Shown one piece after another: positions 34,552-44,665 of a DNA stretch of 64,000 nucleotides (its first letter is position 1; each line of letters begins with the position of its first letter). The stretch lies in NCBI GenBank assembly GCA_963841565.1, contig CAWJCY010000001.1:122826-186825 (forward strand). Direction: 5' to 3'. This stretch comes from an uncultured Nitrososphaerales archaeon (GTDB lineage Archaea; Thermoproteota; Nitrososphaeria; Nitrososphaerales; Nitrososphaeraceae). The notes below the pieces were generated by a model. That model was not told the DNA's origin and did not search any database. It worked only from the letters and a program-made list of their open reading frames with translations. Both the position numbers and the translations under genes were made by a program.

Positions 34552-36262
34552 CTAGGCTCCAGCCATTCCGTTTCTTAGTTCTACTCCCTTGTGATCGTCG
34601 TCGGCGGAAGCCTCTGCGGCGGCCTTATGCATCTCTGACATTGCGCAACCCATCTGTGCTTCTGATTTTCCTCTTCTCATTGTTCCTCGGTAGAGACCGG
34701 CTTCAAGGGTCTGTCCGTGTGCCTTTTCCCAATCTTCGACCGGAATGCTGTATTTCTTCTGTATCCTATCCCTGTACCATTCAGGTATTACGTTAAATGC
34801 ACAGAATGGTATTATCCTAAGATCTGGTGTCAGATAATGTATGTCGCATCTCTGAAGACGCTCTAAGTCTTCATTGTATTTATCCTGAAAATGCATCATA
34901 CCAAGGAAAAGAGACCTGCCATGCCACGAACCTACTGAGTCGAAGTTCCGCTTCAGTAAAATACTGGAGAACATCTTGGCCAAATCTAATCCTCTCGGTT
35001 GTTTGCTCTTGTCAACAAATTGACCTATCTTTCTCAAAACTTCGAGCATTTTCCAATACCTATTAGAGCCAGACTTGATTTCGTCAACCTTCTCTTCAAA
35101 GTATTCTAACAGACCTTTAATGTCAACGAAAGAAGTGAGAGGCACTAAGCTTCTTGGTGTCGCTGTCTTCAAAGACATATGTTCCTGCTCCACATGCAAA
35201 GTGTATGGACAACTCGTATTTTGGCTTCTTTGAGAATGCCTCGATGACATTTGTCATGGGCATACATGATGGAACTGGGAACCAACCATCTGAAGGAATT
35301 TCGCCATTGGTCTGCTCTTCTATCCTCTCGATGCAATCTGGAATAGTTATTCTATATTTCTCCCGTTCCTTCTTTGACATTCTACCAGTCAATGAAACTG
35401 GCTGGAAATTAACGGCATGAACCACATCCATGTTCTTTTGAGCATACCTAATAATGCCTCCGAGTTCATGGTCATTTATTGACTTTATCACAGTTGGAAC
35501 GAAGACAACAGTCGTTCCACACTTTCTTGCAGATTCCAGAGTATACGGCACCTCCCAGTGATTCTTTGGATTAGTCCTAGGTGTCACTCCGTCAAAGGAA
35601 AGATACAGATTACTCACACCAGCCCCCCTAACCTGGCGCATTGTCTCAGGGGACAATGCTAGTTTTATGCCGTTAGTATTAAGTTGGACATGATCTACTC
35701 CTTCCTCCTTGATGATCTTGATTATATCAGTAAGGTCGTCCCTGAGCATTGGCTCTCCTCCTGTCAGCTGTATTGAATTGCCAGCTATAGGTCGTTCAGC
35801 CTTTAAGGTCTTCATCATTGCTCTAACTTGTTCATGAGATGGTTCGTAGAGATACGCTCCCTCCAACCCCTTCTTGACGTAAAAGAAGCAATACCAGCAA
35901 GTAAGGTCACATCTATTGGTGACAATCATGTTAGCAAGTCCGGAATGGGATAAGTGGTTGGTACAAAGTCCACAATTATTGGGACAGGCACACTTATCGA
36001 CCATCACATTTGGTGCATGTGCCCCTTTTCCATCCATCCAATAGGTGCTAAACTTTTGGTACATCTTGTAGGACCCAAAATAAAGTTCTTCGCACTCACC
36101 ATGAGTCGGGCAGGTTTTGGTCATGTATACCTTGCCTTCTCTTTCGAAAACCTCTGCATCCAATATCATATTGCAATCCGGACAAATGCTCTGCGTATAC
36201 CTTATCGTCTTCTTATCAGCAATATTCTTACTAGTAAGATTTGCTATTTGAATTAAATCCAT
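34552..36262 (-). CDS. tes: Tetraether lipid synthase (GDGT macrocyclase, radical SAM), +1 frameshift near 35146
   Basis: CPDC...CPTHG rubredoxin-like domain, CPNNCGLC..H, CDLTCWYC, NFQPVS, HFACG, MHFQD.YN.D.ER..RCDIHY, IPFCAFN. Confidence 0.92.
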
Positions 36263-36311
36263 TTCTATCTAACCCTTATCCTAATGTCAACGGGCAGTGA
36301 GCTCTGGATTG

Positions 36312-36342
36312 TATATAAACATAACCTTACGATTCATAAGGT
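36312..36342. promoter_or_regulatory. tes TATA box with adjacent palindrome ACCTTA-N7-TAAGGT
   Basis: Minus-strand TTTATATA (36319-36312); palindrome at 36324-36342 in the tes/trmB divergent region. Confidence 0.45.
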
Positions 36343-36487
36343 GATTAGGATATTTTGACTAATTCTACACAAATACCAAACTTTTTCGATCGATAGATAA
36401 GATCCTGGTCATTCTACACTTGTGCACCATGAATAAAAGTTTGAGGAATGAATATATTAGAATTATTGTATCCCTTTCAAGGTTTTA

Positions 36488-37258
36488 ATGATTATTAGCG
36501 ACAAGTCAAGGAAAGCAATGGAAAACCTTGGCTTGACAGGCTATGAAATCAAAGTTTACCTTTCTATTTTAGAGGGTGGGCCTGCAATTGCATCAGAAAT
36601 AAGCAAAGTATCAGGTGTTCCATATTCTAAAATATACGAGGTTATCAATACGCTGGAAGATAAAGGCTGGCTCGAATCAAGCAGCTCCAGACCACAGAAA
36701 TTTTTTCCCAAATCTCCACAAAGTGCTCTAGCAGCAATGAGAATTCGGATGGAAAATGAGATCAAGGATAACGAAAATTTGATCATGAGTGAGCTGTTGC
36801 CCATATACCAAAAGAGAGGGATCAAGGAACGACCAGAAATATGGGTCGTTAGGGGAATACATAACATCGTCGGGAAGGTAAGCGAGATAATCCTTGATTG
36901 TCAGGCTGAATTGCTAATTGCACTTCCGGAGGTCGCCGAAAATATTGCGAAACCGGCTCAACCGATGTTACGGACACTGTATGAGAAGGGGGTTAACATT
37001 TCTGTGCTAGCTTCAGGAAGGACTAGCTCGGATACACTACGAGCAATATCAAGGATAGCTCAAGTCAGAGTCAAAGATCACATGTTTGGCGGTGGAGTGA
37101 TCGGCGACAGCAGACAAGTAATGCTTCTGCTTGGAGAAGGTGGTATCACGGATAGTAATGGTTTCGAACCCATTGCAATTTGGGCTGAGCATTCTGGATT
37201 AGCGGGGCTGGCGAAGGATTATTTTGAATATTTATGGGCTGATGCTGAAAATAGATAA
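36488..37258 (+). CDS. TrmB-family transcriptional regulator
   Basis: LGLTGYEIKVY, SGVPYSKIYEV..LEDKGW HTH; C-terminal effector domain ending YFEYLW. Confidence 0.92.
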   Translation: MIISDKSRKAMENLGLTGYEIKVYLSILEGGPAIASEISKVSGVPYSKIYEVINTLEDKGWLESSSSRPQKFFPKSPQSALAAMRIRMENEIKDNENLIMSELLPIYQKRGIKERPEIWVVRGIHNIVGKVSEIILDCQAELLIALPEVAENIAKPAQPMLRTLYEKGVNISVLASGRTSSDTLRAISRIAQVRVKDHMFGGGVIGDSRQVMLLLGEGGITDSNGFEPIAIWAEHSGLAGLAKDYFEYLWADAENR

Positions 37259-37378
37259 CTACCTAATTGAGCATATGTAGCGTTAATTGTGAAAATTAAG
37301 TCAATTCCTGCGAATCTCACTTAATAAGATTTAAAATTTACACAAGATTTAAGTTGACCAACCTGTCGCTTTACGATA

Positions 37379-38242
37379 ATGTCTACTATGAAATATATTC
37401 AGATCGAACCTCTAGGAGAAGTATGTTTATTACGTATTAATAGACCTGAGGCGTTAAACGCTATGAACACGGATGTCATAGCAGAATTATCACGATCCAT
37501 TGACATAGTTGGATTTGATGATTCAATCAAGGTCGTCATTATTACTGGCTCCGGCGAAAAATCGTTCTGTGCTGGCGCCGATATAGCTTACATGGTCAAC
37601 ATTGATCCAATGAAGGCTGAGAAATATGCCTCTTCTGCGCAAGGCGTCCTCAACAAGATTGAAAAGCTCGATAAGCCCGTCATAGCAGCCGTCAACGGAT
37701 TTGCATTGGGAGGAGGATGTGAACTTTCGATGGTCTGTGATATCAGAATCGCTTCGAGCAATGCAAAAATTGGCCAACCAGAGGTTACCATCGGTATACC
37801 ACCAGGTTGGGGAGGTACTCAGCGTCTAGTAAAATTGGTGGGACCAGCAAAGGCTAAAGAACTAATCTTTACTGGAAAGATGATTTCTGCACAAGAGGCA
37901 TATGAAATTGGCTTGGTTAACAAAGTAGTAAGCTTGGGTAATGAAGACCAGTTACCTCCAGAAGTAGATGACAAGTCAGATCCCAAGAAAGAAAAGGAAC
38001 GTGCAGCTGAAATTGCAAAGATTCTCAATAAAAAACTGATAAATGAGTGTATTTCCCTTGCCCAGGAAATTACAAAGAATGGCTTCACAGCTATTAAGGT
38101 AAGTAAGACGCTGATTAACAAGGCATTGGACACAGATTTAGACACAGGGTTACGGTTAGAGATATATGGATGGGCTTTATGTTTTGCCCATGAAGACAGA
38201 CAGAAGATGATGTCTGCGTTCTTGAACAAGAGCAAGAAATAA
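37379..38242 (+). CDS. Enoyl-CoA hydratase (3-hydroxypropionyl-CoA dehydratase/crotonyl-CoA hydratase, 3HP/4HB cycle)
   Basis: NRPEALNAMN, FCAGADI, GFALGGGCEL, GQPEVTIGIPPGWGGTQRL, ends MSAFLNKSKK as in the AOA enzyme. Confidence 0.9.
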   Translation: MSTMKYIQIEPLGEVCLLRINRPEALNAMNTDVIAELSRSIDIVGFDDSIKVVIITGSGEKSFCAGADIAYMVNIDPMKAEKYASSAQGVLNKIEKLDKPVIAAVNGFALGGGCELSMVCDIRIASSNAKIGQPEVTIGIPPGWGGTQRLVKLVGPAKAKELIFTGKMISAQEAYEIGLVNKVVSLGNEDQLPPEVDDKSDPKKEKERAAEIAKILNKKLINECISLAQEITKNGFTAIKVSKTLINKALDTDLDTGLRLEIYGWALCFAHEDRQKMMSAFLNKSKK

Positions 38243-38467
38243 CGAGCGCTACTAGGCAGCTGAGGCTGAAGATCCAGCCAAGAATCATGAAACAAGATCT
38301 TGACCCCTGATTGAAAAAAAGATAGCAATGAATAGAGCCAAGACCAGCGCTTCGAATCATATTCACAGATGAACTCATCTATACAGCACGATAATACAAC
38401 TTGCTGGACTGGGTGGAACGCTTTTTTATATCGCGTTCAAAGTTAATTATTTGTAGAACCATAAACT

Positions 38468-39505
38468 CTAATCTTTACTTACTATCCTTGCTCCTTGACT
38501 TGGCGAGCACTTTACGGTAGTGCAGGTCAGATCACATTGTTTGAAACCATTTCTCATCGAATTTGCTATGGCCTCCAACTGATCTCCATCGTCGGAAGCG
38601 ATAGCGACCATTGATGGACCAGCCCCACTAATGGTAACGGCCAACCCCCCTGCATCTAATGCATGAGCTCTAACATTGTCGAAACAAGGGATCAAGTGCT
38701 TACGAGCTGGTTCCACAATGATATCTTCTACACCTCTTGCTATCATGTTTACATCTTTCAGAAGGAACCCAGCAACTACGGTGGAAGCATTCGAAAGGGT
38801 ATGAACGACGTGTCCTAGCAGAACTTTTTCAGGTAGCACTTTCCTCGCAAGTTCGGTTTTTTTTGCAGGGACATTTAGATTTGGGATTGCAAAAACTAGA
38901 TGCAAATTCGTTGGGGGCGTGATATGGATGAACTCGGGAATTGTCGAGAATGGTCGGATTAACACAAAACCTCCTAATATCGATGCAGCAACATTATCAT
39001 AATGTAATGACCCTGCACTTGCTTTTTCACCTTCTGCTGCAAATCGAACCAGATCTGATTTTGGAATGTGGAGATCTAGGAGAGTATCGATTGCCATAAC
39101 AGCGGCGGCCGCAGACGCAGCACTACTCCCCATCCCATAACCGGGTGGGATGTTCTTTTGTACGGTAAGTGAAAATGAATCTTTAATTTCAAATTCTTTG
39201 ATAATCTTCTGTATGGCAAGTCCTGCTGAATTTCTACTCGCTTCCACGGGAATCGTGTTGTGATATTGTCCAATCATCTCGATTTGAATTTGAAATGAAG
39301 ATTCATCGATGCTAATGCGATCTTGTGAGCCAAAGTTACTAAGATCAGGATTATCAGTAATGGACCTCTTGACTGTAACGTAGTCATCGAACGCGTCGAC
39401 CGCAAGGCCGAATATGTCAAACCCAGGACCAAAATTAGCAGTGGACGAAGGTGCTGATGCGGTAACAGAATGTGGTGTTAAGTGGCGTTCACTCATTTTT
39501 ACCAT
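38468..39505 (-). CDS. thrB: Homoserine kinase
   Basis: APSSTANFGPGFD, PPGYGMGSSAAS, HYDNVAA, ISGAGPS. Confidence 0.95.
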   Translation of the reverse strand: MVKMSERHLTPHSVTASAPSSTANFGPGFDIFGLAVDAFDDYVTVKRSITDNPDLSNFGSQDRISIDESSFQIQIEMIGQYHNTIPVEASRNSAGLAIQKIIKEFEIKDSFSLTVQKNIPPGYGMGSSAASAAAAVMAIDTLLDLHIPKSDLVRFAAEGEKASAGSLHYDNVAASILGGFVLIRPFSTIPEFIHITPPTNLHLVFAIPNLNVPAKKTELARKVLPEKVLLGHVVHTLSNASTVVAGFLLKDVNMIARGVEDIIVEPARKHLIPCFDNVRAHALDAGGLAVTISGAGPSMVAIASDDGDQLEAIANSMRNGFKQCDLTCTTVKCSPSQGARIVSKD

Positions 39506-39606
39506 ACTTGGTTAGATTAGTTTTTTCCTCTATCTATTATTATTATTCTCATTATTTTTCATTGCTTCGCTTGAAGTACACGATAACACCTGACCAAAAA
39601 TCCTAG

Positions 39607-40365
39607 CTAGTCCTTCCTATCCTCTCCTTGGCTAACGATCCTTGCTATAGTGGCCACTAGATTGATCATGCCGCTCATCGTAAGGCCTGAAACCACTATT
39701 AGATCTTGTAGAAAACCACCCATAGTCAGCGCTCTTAACACTTCCTTGCTCAATAGCGAATATTCTGCTTCTTTTTCTTGATTCAGACTATCCTCAAGCT
39801 TCTTGCTAGAGGAGGCCCATCCAAGTATCTGTGGAAGCTTATCTGTGATAAGGTCGCTCTTACTCAATACGTTTACTTGAGATGTCTTCAACCGGAGCAT
39901 TACAGAGGAGGCAAGAAGTGAGATAGAGACATAATTTATTGCAGAAGAGACTAACGTGCCATCAAATACGAAAATATTCACCTTATAGTCTGCAAGAAAA
40001 TTTCCTACAAAGTATGGACCGCTGGCTCGAAATGCAAACAATTCTATTTGTCCAGGTGTATCTATAACAACAACGTCAGGGTTTAGCTCATTTACTTCAT
40101 TTTGTATTTCTTCCAGATGAGTAGATATAAGATCACTTGCAAATATGAGAGATCCGTTTGGCCCTAAATTATAATCCTCCATAATAGCTTTTATATCGAC
40201 ATAATCTCTGACATCTACGTCAGGTTCGTATGGAAGAGTTTCTGCGCCTGGATCTAGGTTTAGGGAAACTGGATAGGAACCATTGTCGGAATACCATTGG
40301 AGTAGTCGCGAGGCAAGAACAGACTTCCCAGCTCCAGCCGTTCCAGTGACGAAGATAGAATCCAT
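39607..40365 (-). CDS. GPN-loop GTPase
   Basis: GTAGAGKS, NLDPG, LGPNG, DTPGQIELF. Confidence 0.94.
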   Translation of the reverse strand: MDSIFVTGTAGAGKSVLASRLLQWYSDNGSYPVSLNLDPGAETLPYEPDVDVRDYVDIKAIMEDYNLGPNGSLIFASDLISTHLEEIQNEVNELNPDVVVIDTPGQIELFAFRASGPYFVGNFLADYKVNIFVFDGTLVSSAINYVSISLLASSVMLRLKTSQVNVLSKSDLITDKLPQILGWASSSKKLEDSLNQEKEAEYSLLSKEVLRALTMGGFLQDLIVVSGLTMSGMINLVATIARIVSQGEDRKD

Positions 40366-40581
40366 TGTAAAATTTACAACCGATATTTTGTTCTGCCGTA
40401 GTATATTTGTGTATTCGGGGGATGATCTACAGCCGAATGGATACTTGTAACAAAATAAGATGCTCCATTCGTTTCCCATTCAATGGGGGATCGCTGCGAG
40501 ACTGCATTTGATAAGGAGCGAAAGTGGCAAAATCACTCGGGGTTTTTATATGGCCTCATCTTATCAGACGGATGAAATATT

Positions 40582-41745
40582 TTGAACTGGCGTTTGCTCG
40601 CAATCCCGGCAAGCATAGTGCCACTAATCCTTATGGTGTTCTTCACACACATCACTGTAAATGACCTCTTATCAGTGGGGGTTATTCCGTTCATTATGTC
40701 CTCAGCGGCTGTGATGGGAAAGGTCATGTTGCAAGCATATAGGTTCAAATATTTTATTCATAAGTTCATAGGACATGATGTTAGCACCTTTTCAACGACG
40801 ATTTCTGCTAGACTTGGTTCAGAATTTGTCTCACAAACGACCCCTTCCTACATTGGCGGCGAAATAGTAAGGATTGCATGGTTGACACGAAGAGGAGTTC
40901 CAGCTGGTAGGGCTGCTTGGATTACAACCATTGAAATAATCTCAGATGTCTTTGTAGGAACCATCTTAGGGATCGTTTCTGGAGTATTTGCAATTCTCAA
41001 TGGAGGCTATCTTATTGGAACAATTGTAATTTTGCTGTCTATTCCAACCTTTACGTTTTGGTTCTTGCTAATGTTCTTTTCTGCGAAAAGAAACCTCAAA
41101 CTTCCCAACCTTATAGAAAAAGTTATAGAGAAAATTTTAAGGGGAGAGCGAGGACGCAACCTAGTTATGTCGACGAATAAAGCAATAGCAGATTTATGCC
41201 AAATGAGCAGAGAAAACTTTAGATTCTCATCTTCAGCTATTATCAAAACATTCGCCATAGGAATAGCAATAACAGTTGTTGCATTCGTTCTACAAGGTAT
41301 CTCATTTATGGTCCTGGTGAACGCCGTAGGTAACGGGATACCCCCTATAAGTATATTCGATTCGGTTATGGCCACATCTGCTTCTACGGTATTAGCCACT
41401 GTGCCCATAACATTGGGAGGTTCTGGCCTAGCTGAATTAGGGATCTGGGCTTACGTTGCAAATCTAAATTCTATACCCTCCTTCCAAGATCTCGTTACCG
41501 ATTCGCATTTATCTGTAATTGTGGTTTGGAGAATTGCATCATATCATGTTCCCTTAGTCGTAATGTGGATTGCATTGATGAAGCTCACAATAAATAAAGA
41601 TGTGGTACCTATGCAGAAGAAAAATTCTAAGACTGACCTCTCTGGACCAAACGAGGGTAGTCGTCACTCTGAAGGCGACAATCTTGGGTATAACCTGGGT
41701 AAACCCAACAATAGTAAAGGACAATCATCAGTGAGGGATGATTAG
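40582..41745 (+). CDS. Flippase-like integral membrane protein (UPF0104/lysylphosphatidylglycerol synthase TM family)
   Basis: Multiple TM helices, TTPSYIGGE..R, P.TLGGSGLAE, WRIASY. Confidence 0.85.
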   Translation: MNWRLLAIPASIVPLILMVFFTHITVNDLLSVGVIPFIMSSAAVMGKVMLQAYRFKYFIHKFIGHDVSTFSTTISARLGSEFVSQTTPSYIGGEIVRIAWLTRRGVPAGRAAWITTIEIISDVFVGTILGIVSGVFAILNGGYLIGTIVILLSIPTFTFWFLLMFFSAKRNLKLPNLIEKVIEKILRGERGRNLVMSTNKAIADLCQMSRENFRFSSSAIIKTFAIGIAITVVAFVLQGISFMVLVNAVGNGIPPISIFDSVMATSASTVLATVPITLGGSGLAELGIWAYVANLNSIPSFQDLVTDSHLSVIVVWRIASYHVPLVVMWIALMKLTINKDVVPMQKKNSKTDLSGPNEGSRHSEGDNLGYNLGKPNNSKGQSSVRDD

Positions 41746-41862
41746 ATGAACGATCTGGGGAATTAACACCGATTCTAGATCTCCTGGCAGAGTGGGTCCG
41801 CCCAGTCACCTTTTTTCTAGTTTAGATTGGATCGAGACTAGAATAATTGTATGGCTCTAAAA

Positions 41863-42321
41863 TTAATCTGAGCTATCATTATCGGCTTCTGAGGAGCTTT
41901 CGTTACTCCCAGCTGCTACATCAGATTCTACGTCCAATATCTGCAAATTCTCCATTTCAAAGCGATATATGCTATCCATATCTATGGCATATTTACTCTT
42001 GAGTAGATCAGCCAACTTTGAGCTTAATTTACCTTTGTACATGTTGATTTTAAATTCATAGACGAAACCCTTCATAAATTCAGATATTTTCATGGCAGTT
42101 GGAACGTCCAAACCTTCTACTATGGTACGCCCGTCGGGTAGAGGTTCATACACTTGTATATCAACCTTGTAGTCCTTTTCATAAATATCAAGAATATAAC
42201 CTGTCCTGGATACGGTTTGAGGATCTTCAAATTTCACAGATTTTATTTCATCTTCTGCCCACTTGGGGAGTGCCTCTGGTTCATCTTGAGACGTGCGCGC
42301 TGCTCTTGTACTTTTTGCCAA
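41863..42321 (-). CDS. Conserved hypothetical protein (possible OB-fold)
   Basis: LPKWAEDEI, RTGYILD, DIQVYEPLPDGRTIVEG; acidic tail. Confidence 0.75.
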   Translation of the reverse strand: MAKSTRAARTSQDEPEALPKWAEDEIKSVKFEDPQTVSRTGYILDIYEKDYKVDIQVYEPLPDGRTIVEGLDVPTAMKISEFMKGFVYEFKINMYKGKLSSKLADLLKSKYAIDMDSIYRFEMENLQILDVESDVAAGSNESSSEADNDSSD

Positions 42322-42516
42322 CTTGATTACTGTATCGCAATAAACCTAGATAAAAAGCATTGTCCTTGGCCCCGTATTTTAGTTCGAATAGAGAAATTCA
42401 AGGCAGGGGGGAGAAGAAGACGAATTACTGAGTTAGTTTTGTCATTCTGCCGATAAGGTTTTAAATCCAAGACTACGGTCTTTCCCAAATGACCTTATCA
42501 AATCATCCTAAATCTC

Positions 42517-43131
42517 TCAATCTCTAGGAAATACGATAGATATCACATTATCAGTTATTTTTATCTCAGCCCTTCTTTGAAGTATATCATTTGAGAGTTC
42601 GGAAACCAGAGTTTGGACGTATAAGGACCATTTGTAACCAAGATCATGTTGGATATTAAAATGGTAGGAGCCATTTCTGAGGACGATATTATGTTGCATC
42701 CAAGATACGGTTAGCCACGTTCTCAAGATTTCCACGAAATCATCTACATCATGGCTTTCATTCATAAAGGTCAATATATTTTTGAAATTTTCCTTTTCAA
42801 TCTTTTGTGCCAAATTCATGATTTGGTCATTTGTTAACTGGTTAATGACTTCCTTGAGAAAGGGTTTAGTCATTGGAAGCAAACCCATCTTCCGCTCATA
42901 CCTTTCCCATTGCACGTGATTAGCAAAAATTCGAGTTACAAATGCATTAAGATTTATCTTTTCCAGTTCTGCATCCTTTCGCAGCTCTTCCAATAGTGCA
43001 GTAGATAATCTAAAAGTAATAGTTTCAGTGGGTTGAGTTCTTTTTGCTATCTTGCCAGCGGCTGAGGACGTGAAACCTAATTCTCCATTCCTTCCAGTAG
43101 GTCTCTTTCTGTCCCTGCTGTAGCCACTCAA
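42517..43131 (-). CDS. Ribbon-helix-helix regulator with C-terminal ligand-binding-like domain
   Basis: 'TETITFRLSTALLEELRKDAELEKINLNAFVTRIF' RHH pattern; 'IQHDLGYKWSLY' motif typical of the expanded AOA family. Confidence 0.8.
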   Translation of the reverse strand: MSGYSRDRKRPTGRNGELGFTSSAAGKIAKRTQPTETITFRLSTALLEELRKDAELEKINLNAFVTRIFANHVQWERYERKMGLLPMTKPFLKEVINQLTNDQIMNLAQKIEKENFKNILTFMNESHDVDDFVEILRTWLTVSWMQHNIVLRNGSYHFNIQHDLGYKWSLYVQTLVSELSNDILQRRAEIKITDNVISIVFPRD

Positions 43132-43432
43132 GCGATACCAATTTCAATCAGGACTGTGAACATTAAAAAGATTGTTGTTTTTGGATTGACCTAAATAAGC
43201 ATCCATCCATCTCATACTGGCTACAAGTTACCTATGATAATAATGGGACACTTACTTTGTATAGGCAGGTTCACGTTAGAAAGTCAAGAACGTACTTCAT
43301 AATGTTATATTGTGTTATTATAGAATATAATGTATGCAGTTAATTCTAGAAATTGTATAAACTAAAAACGAATATAACTTGATGGTTGATTAGTTAAATA
43401 CGATACATTCACTAATAGTATTCGCATCAAAT

Positions 43433-43606
43433 TTGAAACCAGATGATTTAAAGAAGGTATGGCTCTGCTCTGAGTGTGGAATATGTTTTATTTTTAGTTC
43501 TGATGTCGATGATCACAAAACACTGGTTGGTCATTCGAAGTATATAAAATACGATATCCCATGGACTGAGACTGGAACATTCGCTACACTTTCACCTTCG
43601 TCGTAA
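43433..43606 (+). CDS. 57-aa C2H2-type zinc-finger microprotein (not in the ORF track)
   Basis: TTG start; MKPDDLKKVWLCSECGICFIFSSDVDDHKTLVGHSKY...; C-x2-C-x3-F-x8-H-x5-H; TTAAATA about 35 nt upstream. Confidence 0.7.
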   Translation: MKPDDLKKVWLCSECGICFIFSSDVDDHKTLVGHSKYIKYDIPWTETGTFATLSPSS

Positions 43607-43733
43607 AATCTTTAGCATTATTATGTCTGCGATGAGGAACTCAGGCACATAATTCGAAGCCATTTCTAATCCTGGGCTAATGTTATTATAGATAATTATG
43701 TCTTTCCTAGTGAATGTCAGTAATGGCAGGTTA

Positions 43734-43806
43734 GGGCTGGTAGTTCAGTGGTAGTAATGTTCGATTCGCAATCGAAAGGTCGCGGGTTCAACTCCCGCCC
43801 AGTCCA
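43734..43806 (+). tRNA. tRNA-Ala (anticodon CGC), intronless, CCA not encoded
   Basis: Acceptor stem GGGCTGG/CCAGTCC with G3:U70, anticodon arm TTCGA-TTCGCAA-TCGAA, T arm GCGGG-TTCAACT-CCCGC, discriminator A; D stem slightly irregular (GTTC/GTAAT). Confidence 0.95.
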
Positions 43807-44083
43807 TCACGTCTTGGTGAGGGTTAATGATAGCATTTTAAGCACGATTTCCGCTATTTGCTAACAAAGAAGAGCCTTTCTGTCATTCAAGAATTCGGGA
43901 TATGGTAGCAAATTTGTCAACAACCAAAATGAAACCAACGAATTTCGAACAATCACTTGAAAGTATAGTCTATAATAGTCTTACCTAAGATAGTTATAAA
44001 TATCTGATGCGATATAGGTATTGTATGTTAGGTTTTTACTCCATGAGTAACTGGAGTTGCTCCGGAGTAACTCCAAGATTTAA

Positions 44084-44467
44084 ATGGCGACCCGCACAGC
44101 AATGAGAAATAAACACACCTGTCAAATCTGTGGTCAGCCGTTCTCAAGGTACTGGAATATGGAGCGACACATGGTAAGGAAGCATTATCCTCGACAACGG
44201 GTCTTCTCAAATTGCGTCATGAACCATCAGATCAGGCACAAGGCTCAGAAATCCGGTTACTACAATTCTTATTTGGATCTACATAATTCCTCTACCGGTT
44301 TCAACTGGCCTATACAAGGTGCCCTTACATTTGAACAAGAAAATCCTTCGTGGTTAGAGTGGCTTCGCAAATTGGCAGAGATCAGTAGCTTACTGAAAGA
44401 GATTATGCCGACACTAGCCTCGAATTTTGCTCCAGTAACTAATTTGTCCAGCACGTTGGTTCTTTAG
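44084..44467 (+). CDS. C2H2 zinc-finger protein
   Basis: CQICGQPFSRYWNMERHMVRKH near the N-terminus; start may be 44102. Confidence 0.7.
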   Translation: MATRTAMRNKHTCQICGQPFSRYWNMERHMVRKHYPRQRVFSNCVMNHQIRHKAQKSGYYNSYLDLHNSSTGFNWPIQGALTFEQENPSWLEWLRKLAEISSLLKEIMPTLASNFAPVTNLSSTLVL

Positions 44468-44665
44468 CGTGTGTAGACATTTGAATACAAGAAGTTAGAT
44501 AGGGATTGCTCTCCACAAGCTTGAAGATGCTCTGAGCCAGGAGGATGCGTTTCTCGTATGAAATGAATTCAAGATCTTTCTATTGAATGCTCAAGATTCA
44601 AACGGTATCTTTTTGCAATCTTTATTACACAGCTAGATTACACAACCCAATAGACTGATGGAAAA

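Noticed and set aside
34552-36262. tes, atpC and cbiF as true pseudogenes or programmed frameshifts
   Set aside because: Each is repaired by deleting one base, there are no slippery heptamers, and the functions are expected to be essential, so a sequencing artefact is more likely
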